DNA of 64,000 bases from an uncultured Thermoplasmatales archaeon. GTDB taxonomy: Archaea; Thermoplasmatota; Penumbrarchaeia; Penumbrarchaeales; Penumbrarchaeaceae. The notes beneath the pieces were generated by a model. That model worked only from the letters and a program-made list of their open reading frames with translations. It was not told the DNA's origin and did no database searches. Position 1 is the stretch's first letter; every line of letters starts with the position of its first letter. The position numbers and the translations under genes are program-made. Of the stretch, positions 1 through 9,756 are shown piece after piece. The DNA is taken from positions 101,552-165,551 of the forward strand of contig CAZLVP010000002.1 in the NCBI GenBank assembly GCA_964563055.1, written 5' to 3'.

Positions 1-3000
1 GGGAACATGGGCGATATGACCGTAAGAGGGAACCGGATAGTGTCCTCGTCCATTGGGGGTGGCATAAGTATCAGCCCCATCCTGTTCACCCAGTGCTCCG
101 GCCTTTCCCATATGATGGTAGGCGACATCAATGTGTCATCTAACTATGTCAACGTCAGCGGCAGGGCGCTCTATGTCAACATCAATCAACCGATGAACAC
201 CTGTACTGGGAACGCATCCATTACCATTGGGAAGCTAATGGTCTGGAAGAACGAGCTGATATCCAGGGGAAATATCGGGATAAATTATGTATTGAGCACG
301 ATCTCGCTCAACTATAATACGAGCGCGAGTTTTGGTCGGATATTGATATGGGACAACAAGGTCGTTTCCTCCTTCAGCCAAGGCATCACGGCAGCACTTA
401 CCGACCTGCCAAGCTCGATGTCCGGGAACGCGGTCCTTACGCATGGGGGGTTCGATCTACGAAATAACTCCATCACGTCCGGGAGCTATAGTGTGTACTT
501 GAACTTTCAAAGGGTCGGGAAAGGAGCGACTGGCTCCTCCAGGTTCTCGATGGGTGGCATCCTAGCCCAGGGGAACGTACTTTCTGGCTCGAACGGCATC
601 AGGGTGATTTTGAGCGATTCCCTGACCAATGGTGGCGGGGGGTCGATCACTGTATTAGAGGGCATGGAGCTGCGGTCCAATAAGGTCAAGAGCACGTCCC
701 AGTCCATCTACCTCTCGCTGACCAATATAGTGTCCCATATATCTGGGAACGCGTCGGCCAGTATGGGCAAGGTCTCCATGATCGAAAATTCACTTCAATC
801 CAACACAGATGGCGTTTATTTGATACTCGACACCATCTGTTACGACCACATAGGTGGTCCCTCATCGGAGTTCGGCGGATTGGTCGTTGAAGGGAACACT
901 ATGAGCACGGTGAACTACGGTGTGAACACGGTACGGATGAGGTACGTTGGGCAAAACCTCTATGACAATTCATCGGCCAGATCGGGTGAGGTCTCGGTCT
1001 CGGGGAACGACCTAATAAAAGGAACTGGGATCAATATCGGTATATTCTCTTACATCGGCTTCTACCTTTACGATAATTCCACGTTCGACATGGGCGGATT
1101 CAGGGTCAATACCAACAATGTCAATTCGAGCGGTACCGGGATATCGCTGGGTCAGTGCAACTACCTGGGGAGCAATGTCAATGATAATGCATCCTCTATG
1201 ATCGGAGATACGAGCATCGACGAGAACGTTGTGAGGTCGGGCGGTATAGGTATCAACGTCGCATCCCTAAGCATCATTGTTTGCACGCTGTCAGGGTCCT
1301 CGAAATCCTCGTTCGGTCTCCTCTCTGTAGAGGACAATGACGTTTTATCAGGTGATATCGGCATAAACGTTGGTTCCTTCGGTCCAGTGGGGACCGAGCT
1401 ATACGATTCCTCCGGGAGCGAGATGGAGGGGCTGAGCATATCTGGGAACCGTATCATATCCCAGGACACAGGCATCAATCTGGCGTCAGCTTACAACCTG
1501 GGCAGCTCTCTCTCCGGGACCTCCAGTTCGGAGGTCGGGAAGGTCCGGATATCGGATAATACCATTACCTCGGGGTCGGATGGCGTCTATGTGGAGGCCT
1601 ACCAGGAGATCGGGTCCAATAATGGGGGACGGTCCAATTCGTCCGTAGGAGGCCTTGAGATATCCTACAACGCTATCGATTCGGACGGAATTGGCGTGTT
1701 CTTAGGAACGCCCTATATCATGGGTTACCTGAACACGGACGATTCCAGGACCGAAATTGGTGACATCTCGTTAAGCGGGAATAAGATTGTCTCGAACGAT
1801 ACCGGAATATTGGTCGGCTTCATCGGTGTGATCAGCTTCCATCTGAGGGGTAACGCGACGGTAAAGGTAGGCCGCTTCGGTTTCGATGGGAACACTATAT
1901 CTTCGAACGCATCTGGTATCCATATCTTGAGAGAGGTGGAGCTCGTCTACCTCTCCTACGACAACACCTCGACACATCTGGACGGATTTACTTTAGACGA
2001 GAATATCATCGATTCCAAAGAAATGGGCATCATCGTTCCAGAGGTGCGTCTCGGCCTTCAGATGGTCGGGCGCTCGAAGGCAATTGTCCGGCAGTTATCC
2101 TCGTCCAGGAATCGGATATCCTCTGGGGGCGGTTTATCCATGGGTGTAAATGTAACGGAGCATCAAGGTAACTCGAGCCTGACCATAGGCTCGCTTGAAC
2201 TTGACAGGAACGTTATTGAAGGGTCCGAAGGCAACGGCATAGCCCTGGACCTATCGTTCTGGACCCTGGAGAACAGCACCTTTACCATGGGCCCTCCGAG
2301 CATCTCCGACAACCGCCTAGTTGATGTGAACTGGAGCGCGGTCAGGATCGTGAGGAAGATCAACATCAGCGAGGACAGCACTTTCGTCCTTGGCGGCCTT
2401 GAGTTGGTGCACAACAATATGACGAGGTGCTCCCTCGGGCTCAACCTGACCGGTTGCGGCTATGTGGACGCCTATCTGAACAACTTCATCGGGAATGAAG
2501 TGGACGTTCTCTCGGATGAGGGCACAAGCGTAACCTGGTATTCCCCTGAGAAGATGTGGTATAGGCACAAGAACGCCAATTTTACTAACTATCTAGGTAA
2601 TTTCTGGGACCGATATACAGGCCCCGATGCGGACGACAACGGCATCGGAGACGTACCCTACGACACCGGTTTCGGCCTCGACTTATACCCGCTGACCTCC
2701 AATGTCGATGACCACTTTCCGCCGTGGAACGATGTGACACCCCCCACGGTGACCATCCATTTCCCTACGAACGGTTCCTATCTGAGACAAACTGAATTCA
2801 CTCTCAATTATTCTGTTTCCGACAACCTCCAGGGTTTCATAGATATCTCGTTAATAATAGACGGCCGCCCGGTATATGGAAGGGCTGATAGGGATCTTTC
2901 GAACCCCGATACGATCCGTATGTATATCATAGCAGGGGAAGGTGTCCATACGATCGTGGTAAGTGCGGTCGATATGGCCGGGAACGAGAACTCGACCTCT

Positions 3001-4533
3001 TCGACCTTCATGGTGGACGTGACCGATCCTGTCCTGACTCTGGTATCCCCTCAGGACGGGGCTTTCTTGGGCTCGAACGACGTTGAATTGGTCTGGGAGG
3101 GTAGTGACGTACCATCTGGATTGGACCGGTTCGAGGTGAGGTTCGACACCTGGGATTGGATCGATGTTGGCTCGGATAGGAACCGCACTTTCTCTGACCT
3201 TGCCGAGGGCGAACATCTGTTCCAGGTCAGGGCCTGGGACATGGCTGGGAACCAGCGGACCGTGTCAACCAAGGTCGTCATCGATACAATAAAGCCCCAG
3301 CTCACGGTCCTCAACCCGGTCCAGGACCATTATTACAATACATCGGACCTGGAGGTCCGCTGGGCTGTCGTTGACATGACCGCTATCGTATCGGAAATGG
3401 ATTTGGACGGGACAGGGTTCGTTCAGCTTGGGAGTGCAACGGAGCACCATCTGACCGGCCTGGTCCAGGGTCAACACAGATTGACGGTGAGGGTAACAGA
3501 CCGTTCTTCCCAACAGGTTGAAAAGGTGGTGTCCTTCACCGTCGACCTGATAGACCCAGAGGTCAACGTGCTATCCCCCGGGAAGTATGTCAGGTCCTCG
3601 AATGTCACCGTTATGATGAGAGCGAACGGGACCGGTTCTCCGCTCGGTTCGCTTAGCATCAGTCTGAACGGGGGTCAATGGACCGTCATAGCGCCGATGG
3701 TCGGTCCCGATGATGTTCTTGAGTTCGACCTTTACGGTATGACGGAGGGTGACAATACGATCCACATAGACCTGTCCGACCTGGCCGGAAACCACTGGCA
3801 AGGGACCATCCGATTCACCCTGGATATCACCTCACCAATGGTCCTCACAGCATCGCCGACCGGGATCGGGGTCAGGACCGACATCTCGGTCCTGGTCGAG
3901 TTCTCGGAGGTCCTGGACCCGGAAGGCTTCGACTTCGATATGGGGGTCGAGGGGGAATTGAGCTGGGAAGGGCCGAATCTAACGTTCGACCCATATGCAA
4001 AGCTCTCACCCGACACCATTTATTCCGTAAGGATAGAAGGGACGGACCCCGCCGGGAACCCGCTCCTTTACTCATTGAGCTTCACGACGGCCTCCAAGGG
4101 GACCATAGTGGGCAGGATCGTAGATGGGGAGGGCGAACCTGTGGTCGATGCCTCCATAGTCCTGGACACGGGCGAGACAGCAACGACGGGGCAAGATGGT
4201 CGCTTCTCGATCGGGTCATCCCAAGGGAACAGGACCGTTACTGTGACCTACAAGGGCAAAGTGATCGACAGCTTCAACGTCGATGTCATAGCAGGGGCCG
4301 ATCATGATGTTGGTGACAGGTCGGTAGATCTCCCGATCGAAGACAAGGGCAATGAGCGCTCCTTCCCATGGTTGCTTCTCGTTCTCCTGGCGGCCCTGGT
4401 CGTTCTGGTCCTATGCTTAATCCTCTTCTTCATCGCGAGACGGAGGAGGGCCAATGACGAAGAAGAGGAGGAGTGGGGGATGGAAGAGGACGAGGATTGG
4501 GGCCTCTCTCCCGACGAATTGGGGGAGGAGTGA
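1..4533 (+). CDS. Giant cell-surface protein, 5'-partial (frame open from the window start). It has NosD-like right-handed beta-helix repeats (xSGNxIxS...GI repeats and a C-terminal GNFWDRYTGPDADDNGIGDVPYD motif), then several Ig-like domains and a carboxypeptidase-regulatory-like domain, then one TM helix, an RRRR stop-transfer and an acidic E/D-rich tail
   Basis: Single long ORF. About 25 periodic GN-containing beta-helix repeats. The NosD/periplasmic copper-binding family motif GNxWxxY..D.DgDGIGDxPY. A C-terminal hydrophobic stretch LLLVLLAALVVLVLCLILFFIARRRR followed by EEEEEW. Confidence 0.7.
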   Translation, partial: GNMGDMTVRGNRIVSSSIGGGISISPILFTQCSGLSHMMVGDINVSSNYVNVSGRALYVNINQPMNTCTGNASITIGKLMVWKNELISRGNIGINYVLSTISLNYNTSASFGRILIWDNKVVSSFSQGITAALTDLPSSMSGNAVLTHGGFDLRNNSITSGSYSVYLNFQRVGKGATGSSRFSMGGILAQGNVLSGSNGIRVILSDSLTNGGGGSITVLEGMELRSNKVKSTSQSIYLSLTNIVSHISGNASASMGKVSMIENSLQSNTDGVYLILDTICYDHIGGPSSEFGGLVVEGNTMSTVNYGVNTVRMRYVGQNLYDNSSARSGEVSVSGNDLIKGTGINIGIFSYIGFYLYDNSTFDMGGFRVNTNNVNSSGTGISLGQCNYLGSNVNDNASSMIGDTSIDENVVRSGGIGINVASLSIIVCTLSGSSKSSFGLLSVEDNDVLSGDIGINVGSFGPVGTELYDSSGSEMEGLSISGNRIISQDTGINLASAYNLGSSLSGTSSSEVGKVRISDNTITSGSDGVYVEAYQEIGSNNGGRSNSSVGGLEISYNAIDSDGIGVFLGTPYIMGYLNTDDSRTEIGDISLSGNKIVSNDTGILVGFIGVISFHLRGNATVKVGRFGFDGNTISSNASGIHILREVELVYLSYDNTSTHLDGFTLDENIIDSKEMGIIVPEVRLGLQMVGRSKAIVRQLSSSRNRISSGGGLSMGVNVTEHQGNSSLTIGSLELDRNVIEGSEGNGIALDLSFWTLENSTFTMGPPSISDNRLVDVNWSAVRIVRKINISEDSTFVLGGLELVHNNMTRCSLGLNLTGCGYVDAYLNNFIGNEVDVLSDEGTSVTWYSPEKMWYRHKNANFTNYLGNFWDRYTGPDADDNGIGDVPYDTGFGLDLYPLTSNVDDHFPPWNDVTPPTVTIHFPTNGSYLRQTEFTLNYSVSDNLQGFIDISLIIDGRPVYGRADRDLSNPDTIRMYIIAGEGVHTIVVSAVDMAGNENSTSSTFMVDVTDPVLTLVSPQDGAFLGSNDVELVWEGSDVPSGLDRFEVRFDTWDWIDVGSDRNRTFSDLAEGEHLFQVRAWDMAGNQRTVSTKVVIDTIKPQLTVLNPVQDHYYNTSDLEVRWAVVDMTAIVSEMDLDGTGFVQLGSATEHHLTGLVQGQHRLTVRVTDRSSQQVEKVVSFTVDLIDPEVNVLSPGKYVRSSNVTVMMRANGTGSPLGSLSISLNGGQWTVIAPMVGPDDVLEFDLYGMTEGDNTIHIDLSDLAGNHWQGTIRFTLDITSPMVLTASPTGIGVRTDISVLVEFSEVLDPEGFDFDMGVEGELSWEGPNLTFDPYAKLSPDTIYSVRIEGTDPAGNPLLYSLSFTTASKGTIVGRIVDGEGEPVVDASIVLDTGETATTGQDGRFSIGSSQGNRTVTVTYKGKVIDSFNVDVIAGADHDVGDRSVDLPIEDKGNERSFPWLLLVLLAALVVLVLCLILFFIARRRRANDEEEEEWGMEEDEDWGLSPDELGEE

Positions 4534-4550
4534 AGGACAGCAGACTTATT

Positions 4551-5804
4551 ATGGCCTGCCTCGTTCCATATGTTCGAATGAGAGAGAAGGCTCCCCCATT
4601 CAAGTTCGAACTGTTCGACCTTGACGGCAGACGGATATCGGCCACCAGGGCGCTCTTCAGGCGCTACCTCGAGACCGATTGGCAAAAGAAGGACCGGAGG
4701 GTCAAGGTGTTCCAGTTCATCTTCCCGTTCGTACTTGCCTTCATAATACTATCCATCACCGTCGGGAGCGTTATAACATCATTGGGATGGCCAGAGGCGA
4801 AGAACCTGCTTAACGTCTGGTTGTTCTACGGGACCGGCCTGATGGGCAAGGAGATAATGATCCCAAAGACCGTTCTGGGCTCAAACCCCCCACCTGCCCT
4901 CCTCGTCGGCGCCGTAACATCCTTCATAGATGTCTGCTTCTGCCTCTTCCTCATCTGGAACTACGACTGGGTGAAATCGGTCAAATGGCTTGGACCCAAG
5001 CTGGAACGGGCCGAGGCAAAGGGTAAGGACAGGATAGCAAGGTCCAAATGGTTCTCCAAGGCAGCTTTCATCGCCACGACCATGTTCGTACTCGTTCCAT
5101 TCAAGGGAGCGGGGGGAATGGGGGGCACCATCTTTGGAAGGATCATGGGGCTCAAACCGTACAAGGTCCTCCTGGCCGTCCTCATAGGGTCCATGGCGGA
5201 GTCGCTGACCTATGCATTCCTTTCCGAGTCCATAGGTCCTTTCCTCGATAGCTCCCCCTTCTTCGGCTGGTTGAAGACGGTGAACGTCCTGCAGATATTC
5301 GTAGCAATGGTTGTCATAGGCCTTATCATATATGTCGTGAGGAACCCCAAGGAGGCCGTTCTTAAGACCTCCGGGGCCCTGACCAAGACCATGGACCTTG
5401 CAGAGGAGGGCATAGTCAAGTTCGAGGGGCTATCAGAAAGCACCGCCCGATTCACATTGATGAGCTCGAGGGAGACATTGAAAGGCCTATCTTCCGCCAC
5501 GGACGAGCTCGTGGACCTGAACCTTGACCTGTTGACGGCCCCCGTAAGGGTACTTGGACCGGAGGGTGAGCAGCTCGCTTTGGCCATCAAAAAGAGGGGC
5601 AAGGGCAGGGTCACCAAGGTCAGGGGGACCATCCGAAGGACCACAGATGAGGGCCTGGAGATCACTGGAAGCTCATTCAAAAGAGCGGCAAGGGTCACTG
5701 TCATAGGAATTCGTGCCGCCAAGGGCGGTGTCAAGAAGGGAGAGTACATCGTCCTTTTGGTCGGTGGTCATGTACATAAAGTCCTGAGGGCGGATATGGC
5801 CTGA
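4551..5804 (+). CDS. Polytopic membrane protein (COG2426-like small-exporter-type N-terminal domain) with a soluble C-terminal domain. Function unknown
   Basis: ATG at 4551, immediately after the upstream stop. Several hydrophobic helices. GAGGMGGTIFG motif. The track start at 4473 overlaps the previous gene and is unlikely. Confidence 0.45.
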   Translation: MACLVPYVRMREKAPPFKFELFDLDGRRISATRALFRRYLETDWQKKDRRVKVFQFIFPFVLAFIILSITVGSVITSLGWPEAKNLLNVWLFYGTGLMGKEIMIPKTVLGSNPPPALLVGAVTSFIDVCFCLFLIWNYDWVKSVKWLGPKLERAEAKGKDRIARSKWFSKAAFIATTMFVLVPFKGAGGMGGTIFGRIMGLKPYKVLLAVLIGSMAESLTYAFLSESIGPFLDSSPFFGWLKTVNVLQIFVAMVVIGLIIYVVRNPKEAVLKTSGALTKTMDLAEEGIVKFEGLSESTARFTLMSSRETLKGLSSATDELVDLNLDLLTAPVRVLGPEGEQLALAIKKRGKGRVTKVRGTIRRTTDEGLEITGSSFKRAARVTVIGIRAAKGGVKKGEYIVLLVGGHVHKVLRADMA

Positions 5805-5933
5805 CATTCTAGCACACTACGCCAATAAATCCCCTATTGATGAATTACCATGTAAAAGAATAAATAATATACCTTCAATATTGCAAAGGAATAGTTGTTG
5901 AGACCATAATGGAACGGGTCTGGTGAAAGTGGG

Positions 5934-8204
5934 ATGGCAGACAAGACAAAGATAACTGTCAGGAAGCGGGGTTATGGCTTTGGAACGGCCCCGGTCTTCC
6001 TGACCTCTGTCTGCGCAATCATGGGCGCCATCATGTTCTTAAGGTTCGGGTTTGCTATAGGTAATGTTGGGCTCCTCTATGCCTTGTTGATAATCGTTCT
6101 TGGGCATGCAATAACGATACCAACTGGCCTTGCGATCTCCGAGATAGCGACGAACCTAAAGGTGGGGGGTGGTGGTGAATACTACATAATCAGCCGTTCG
6201 TTCGGTCCTAGGATAGGGGCCACCATAGGTGTAATGCTCTATGCGGCCCAAGCCATTTCGGTCTCTTTTTACATCATCGGTTTCACAGAAGGGGTGAAGC
6301 CCCTAGTCCCTTTCATCCAGGAACAGCTCCTGGACCGATTTCCCTTCGGTTTGACCTATGACCCGCGCATGATAAGTGTACCGCTAGGTCTGTTGATGTT
6401 CAGCATCCTCCTGACCAGGGGGGCGAACATAGGGATAAAGCTCCTTTATGTGATATTCGCCGGAATGATGGCAGGGGTAGCGGTCTTCATGATAAGCCCT
6501 TTCATGACCGGAGCTCCCTCTGGGATGACAGAGACCGCTGCGAACCCGCTCCCCTTCATAACGGTCTTTGCCATAATATTCCCTGCTTTCACCGGGATGA
6601 CCGCAGGGGTCGGGTTGTCCGGTGATCTGAAGGACCCGGGGAAATCCATACCCAAAGGGATCATGATCGCTATAGGTATGGGATTTGTAGTGTACTTGGC
6701 AATAATCGTGAAATTATACCTGAGCGCACCCGTAGAGGAACTTGCGTCCAACAATCTGATCATCTATGACCTTGCCAGGGGCATAACACCGAACATTAAC
6801 CTTGGAGCGATCATTCTGATAGGTCTTTTCGGTGCCACATTGTCCTCGGCAGTGGGCTTTGCCCTCATTGCTCCCAGGACCTTACAGGCCTTAGGCGGCG
6901 ATAAGATCATCTCCAATAGGACCATAATGGACTTCCTCAAGTTCGGCCGCGGCAGGGAGAACGAGCCGACGAACGCCATGCTCATCTCCTCTGTGATAGC
7001 TATGGCCTTCCTATTCCTGGGCGACCTGAACGCGGTCGCTCAGATCATCACCATGTTCTTCCTCATCACCTACGGCTCAGTCTGTCTGATATCGTTCATG
7101 GAACATTTTGCCGGGAATCCGTCCTACAGACCGACGTTCAAGACGAGATGGTACATTTCACTTGTGGGTGCGGTCCTCTGCTTCGGGGTGATGTTCCAGT
7201 TCAGCCCTTTTTACGCTATCGTCACCCTTCTCCTCATGGGTGGTATCTACTTCAGCCTGGGGTTCCGCCACAAGAGGTCCAGGTCCTTTGCCATAATCTT
7301 CCAGGGTGTGATGTTCCAGCTCTCTAGGTTCATGAAGATCAACCTCCAGCGGTCCATGTCGAAGCCGGACAAGTTCAACTGGAGGCCGTCCGTCATTGCC
7401 ATAACCACGGATGCAATGGAACGTGCCAGCCCAAAGGATGTCCTTAGATGGATATCCCACCATTACGGCTTCGGCACCTTGCTCCAACTGTCCATTGGAA
7501 AGCTCGATAAGGACACTTTAAAAGCCTCCAAAAGGACGGAGAAGGCCCTCATCAGGGAGATGAGGATGACCAAGGCCAATTATTCGGTCGCTACCCTGGT
7601 ATCTCCATCCATGCTGACCGCTGTTGCACAGACGGTCCAGATATCGGGCATATCCGGACTTGACAACAATACCATCATGTTCGAGTTCAATCAGAACAGG
7701 ACAGACGAGCTGAATGAGGTAATGGAGGGTATCCGTACAGCGACGGCGGCGAACTTCAATACGCTGGTCCTAAGGTCCACAGAGCACTATTTCGGAACAA
7801 GGAGGAACATAGACCTGTGGATCATGAAGGATGATTTCAGGAACGTTAACCTGATGATACTTATAGCCTATATTATCCTGGAGCATCCGGAATGGAGCGA
7901 GGCGGATATTACCATCCATACATTGTTCCCGAGGGGGGAGAAAGCTCAGCTTGCCAAAAGGGTGAAGGCTCTCATTTCCAAGGGGAGATTGCCCATATCC
8001 GTTAGGTCCGTCCGCTCCTATTCCTATGATAGCGAAGAGGAGGTCCGGTCCATCATCAAGAACCGTTCACATAGTTCGGACCTCACCATAATGGGTTTCA
8101 CACAGGAGGAGATAGACAAGGAGGGGTCCGAGGTCTTCACGAGATATCCTATAACGACCGATACCCTTTTCGTATCTGCTGTCCAGGACATAGTCATAGT
8201 TTGA
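5934..8204 (+). CDS. APC-superfamily transporter of the SLC12 / cation-chloride-cotransporter-like type. It has an amino-acid-permease-like 12-TM core and a roughly 250-aa cytoplasmic C-terminal regulatory domain
   Basis: 756 aa. The N-terminus gives an AA_permease-like TM pattern. The long soluble C-terminal domain resembles archaeal CCC homologs. An AT-rich promoter lies upstream at 5840-5900. Confidence 0.6.
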   Translation: MADKTKITVRKRGYGFGTAPVFLTSVCAIMGAIMFLRFGFAIGNVGLLYALLIIVLGHAITIPTGLAISEIATNLKVGGGGEYYIISRSFGPRIGATIGVMLYAAQAISVSFYIIGFTEGVKPLVPFIQEQLLDRFPFGLTYDPRMISVPLGLLMFSILLTRGANIGIKLLYVIFAGMMAGVAVFMISPFMTGAPSGMTETAANPLPFITVFAIIFPAFTGMTAGVGLSGDLKDPGKSIPKGIMIAIGMGFVVYLAIIVKLYLSAPVEELASNNLIIYDLARGITPNINLGAIILIGLFGATLSSAVGFALIAPRTLQALGGDKIISNRTIMDFLKFGRGRENEPTNAMLISSVIAMAFLFLGDLNAVAQIITMFFLITYGSVCLISFMEHFAGNPSYRPTFKTRWYISLVGAVLCFGVMFQFSPFYAIVTLLLMGGIYFSLGFRHKRSRSFAIIFQGVMFQLSRFMKINLQRSMSKPDKFNWRPSVIAITTDAMERASPKDVLRWISHHYGFGTLLQLSIGKLDKDTLKASKRTEKALIREMRMTKANYSVATLVSPSMLTAVAQTVQISGISGLDNNTIMFEFNQNRTDELNEVMEGIRTATAANFNTLVLRSTEHYFGTRRNIDLWIMKDDFRNVNLMILIAYIILEHPEWSEADITIHTLFPRGEKAQLAKRVKALISKGRLPISVRSVRSYSYDSEEEVRSIIKNRSHSSDLTIMGFTQEEIDKEGSEVFTRYPITTDTLFVSAVQDIVIV

Positions 8205-8250
8205 GGCAATACCACATAGATATCACATCCTTGGGTGTGCCTTTGATATC

Positions 8251-8586
8251 TTATACGAACTCTGTCGTTATCTCTTTTGGTTCGAATACCGCAACAAGGG
8301 TCCTGATGGAGGACTTGCTCATATGCCTCTCACCCTTCTTTATCATGATGGCCATACCAGGGTCAAGCTCCTTTAAGACCCCCTCGACCTCTATGGAGAG
8401 GTGCCCCTCAAGGACGATGAAGACCTCGTCCATGTTGTGCCGATGAAGCCTGAACTCACCCTCCATCCATGCAAGCCCAAGGTAATGGTCGTTGGGCATC
8501 AGTACGGGTGTCTTCCGGAAACACTCATGGATATTGAGCTTGTTCATGTGGAGATCGACTATGTCCACCATGTATGCTACCCCCAT
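8251..8586 (-). CDS. Cupin-domain protein
   Basis: 111 aa. The cupin-like motif pattern H.H...E...VLEG is present. Small beta-barrel size class. Confidence 0.4.
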   Translation of the reverse strand: MGVAYMVDIVDLHMNKLNIHECFRKTPVLMPNDHYLGLAWMEGEFRLHRHNMDEVFIVLEGHLSIEVEGVLKELDPGMAIMIKKGERHMSKSSIRTLVAVFEPKEITTEFV

Positions 8587-8698
8587 TAAGAATTGGCGTA
8601 GCCCCTATTTAACGATAGAGGGGGGGCCTATCCTATGGCCCCAGTAACAGCGAGTTCCCCAAAAGACTTAAGAACCTGTCTGCTTCATCGTATCATTC

Positions 8699-9391
8699 AT
8701 GAGGTATTGTTGGAACGTGGTCCTGGTATTATCGATCCTGATCCTCTGTCCCTTCAACCTAATGACCGCTTCGGCCGAGAGGAGGAGCGCTGTCGAGTTG
8801 GTTGATATTGACCGGCCTCTGGTCTTCACCCTCGATTACAGGGAAGGGGACAGGATGACCATCTCGGCCTCTGTCCATGTTGCAGGCCCTCCCGTATCTG
8901 TGTTCCTGATCAAGGGGACCAACTCCTATAGGGACTGGGTCCGCAGCGAGGATGTGGATATCGATGATATCAAGACCGGCAACGCGTCCTCGGGTATGAA
9001 CTCCACCTTCCTTGTAGTTGTCAATTTCTCGATGATGAACATAACGGATTTCGATCGCTCGATAGATATCGGTGATCGTGATGTTTACCATCTCGTCATT
9101 GCCCTTCATAGGTATGCCGGGATGCCGGCGGTCGACATCCTCCTCATGACCACCACAGTGGACTACGATATCTCATGGGAGTTCGACGAAAAGGAGGTCC
9201 CTCTTTGGCTCCTGCCACTGGCCATGCTCTTCTTCATAGCCGGGACGGTTTTGGTCGTCTATTACGTTTGGACAAGGATCGTTCACATCCCGCAACCTCC
9301 CTCCGGAGGACCCATAGGAACGGGTCTGGGGGACCGTTCAACAAAAAGTCCCATGAGAGGTCAAGTAAGGCGTCCGCCATCGAGAAGATAG
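8699..9391 (+). CDS. Bitopic membrane protein: signal peptide, ecto-domain, TM helix, then a proline/arginine-rich cytoplasmic tail
   Basis: N-terminal hydrophobic signal VVLVLSILILCPF. C-terminal TM LWLLPLAMLFFIAGTVLVVYYVW. Tail PQPPSGGP...RRPPSRR. Confidence 0.45.
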   Translation: MRYCWNVVLVLSILILCPFNLMTASAERRSAVELVDIDRPLVFTLDYREGDRMTISASVHVAGPPVSVFLIKGTNSYRDWVRSEDVDIDDIKTGNASSGMNSTFLVVVNFSMMNITDFDRSIDIGDRDVYHLVIALHRYAGMPAVDILLMTTTVDYDISWEFDEKEVPLWLLPLAMLFFIAGTVLVVYYVWTRIVHIPQPPSGGPIGTGLGDRSTKSPMRGQVRRPPSRR

Positions 9392-9393
9392 GC

Positions 9394-9723
9394 CTAATCC
9401 GCCTTCTTGGATTTGTTTATGAAGTTCATCTGGAGGTCCATCAATGTCCTTCTCAGGTCCTTCTCCATTTTCCTTTCAAGGCCTGGGGATAGGATATTGA
9501 GGTTCGCCTCAAAGAGGTCAATGGCCAGCTTGGCCTGGTCCAGGTCTAGCTTCGGGACCTCCCCGCCATGGAGGGGTACAAGACCAAGATGGTGCCAGGC
9601 CTGACCAGCAAAGAGGGATAGGTTGTATAATGCGACATCCCTGACCGAGCTCAATGCCTTCAACAGTGCCTCCTGCTGGTCAACCTCGGGCTCTCGAGCA
9701 TCCTGTTCTTCCTTATCGGTCAT
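9394..9723 (-). CDS. Hypothetical small acidic protein
   Basis: ORF of 109 aa with protein-like composition. No recognisable motif. Confidence 0.3.
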   Translation of the reverse strand: MTDKEEQDAREPEVDQQEALLKALSSVRDVALYNLSLFAGQAWHHLGLVPLHGGEVPKLDLDQAKLAIDLFEANLNILSPGLERKMEKDLRRTLMDLQMNFINKSKKAD

Positions 9724-9756
9724 GTTCGAACCTCTTGTTAGCGATGAATGCGTTCC

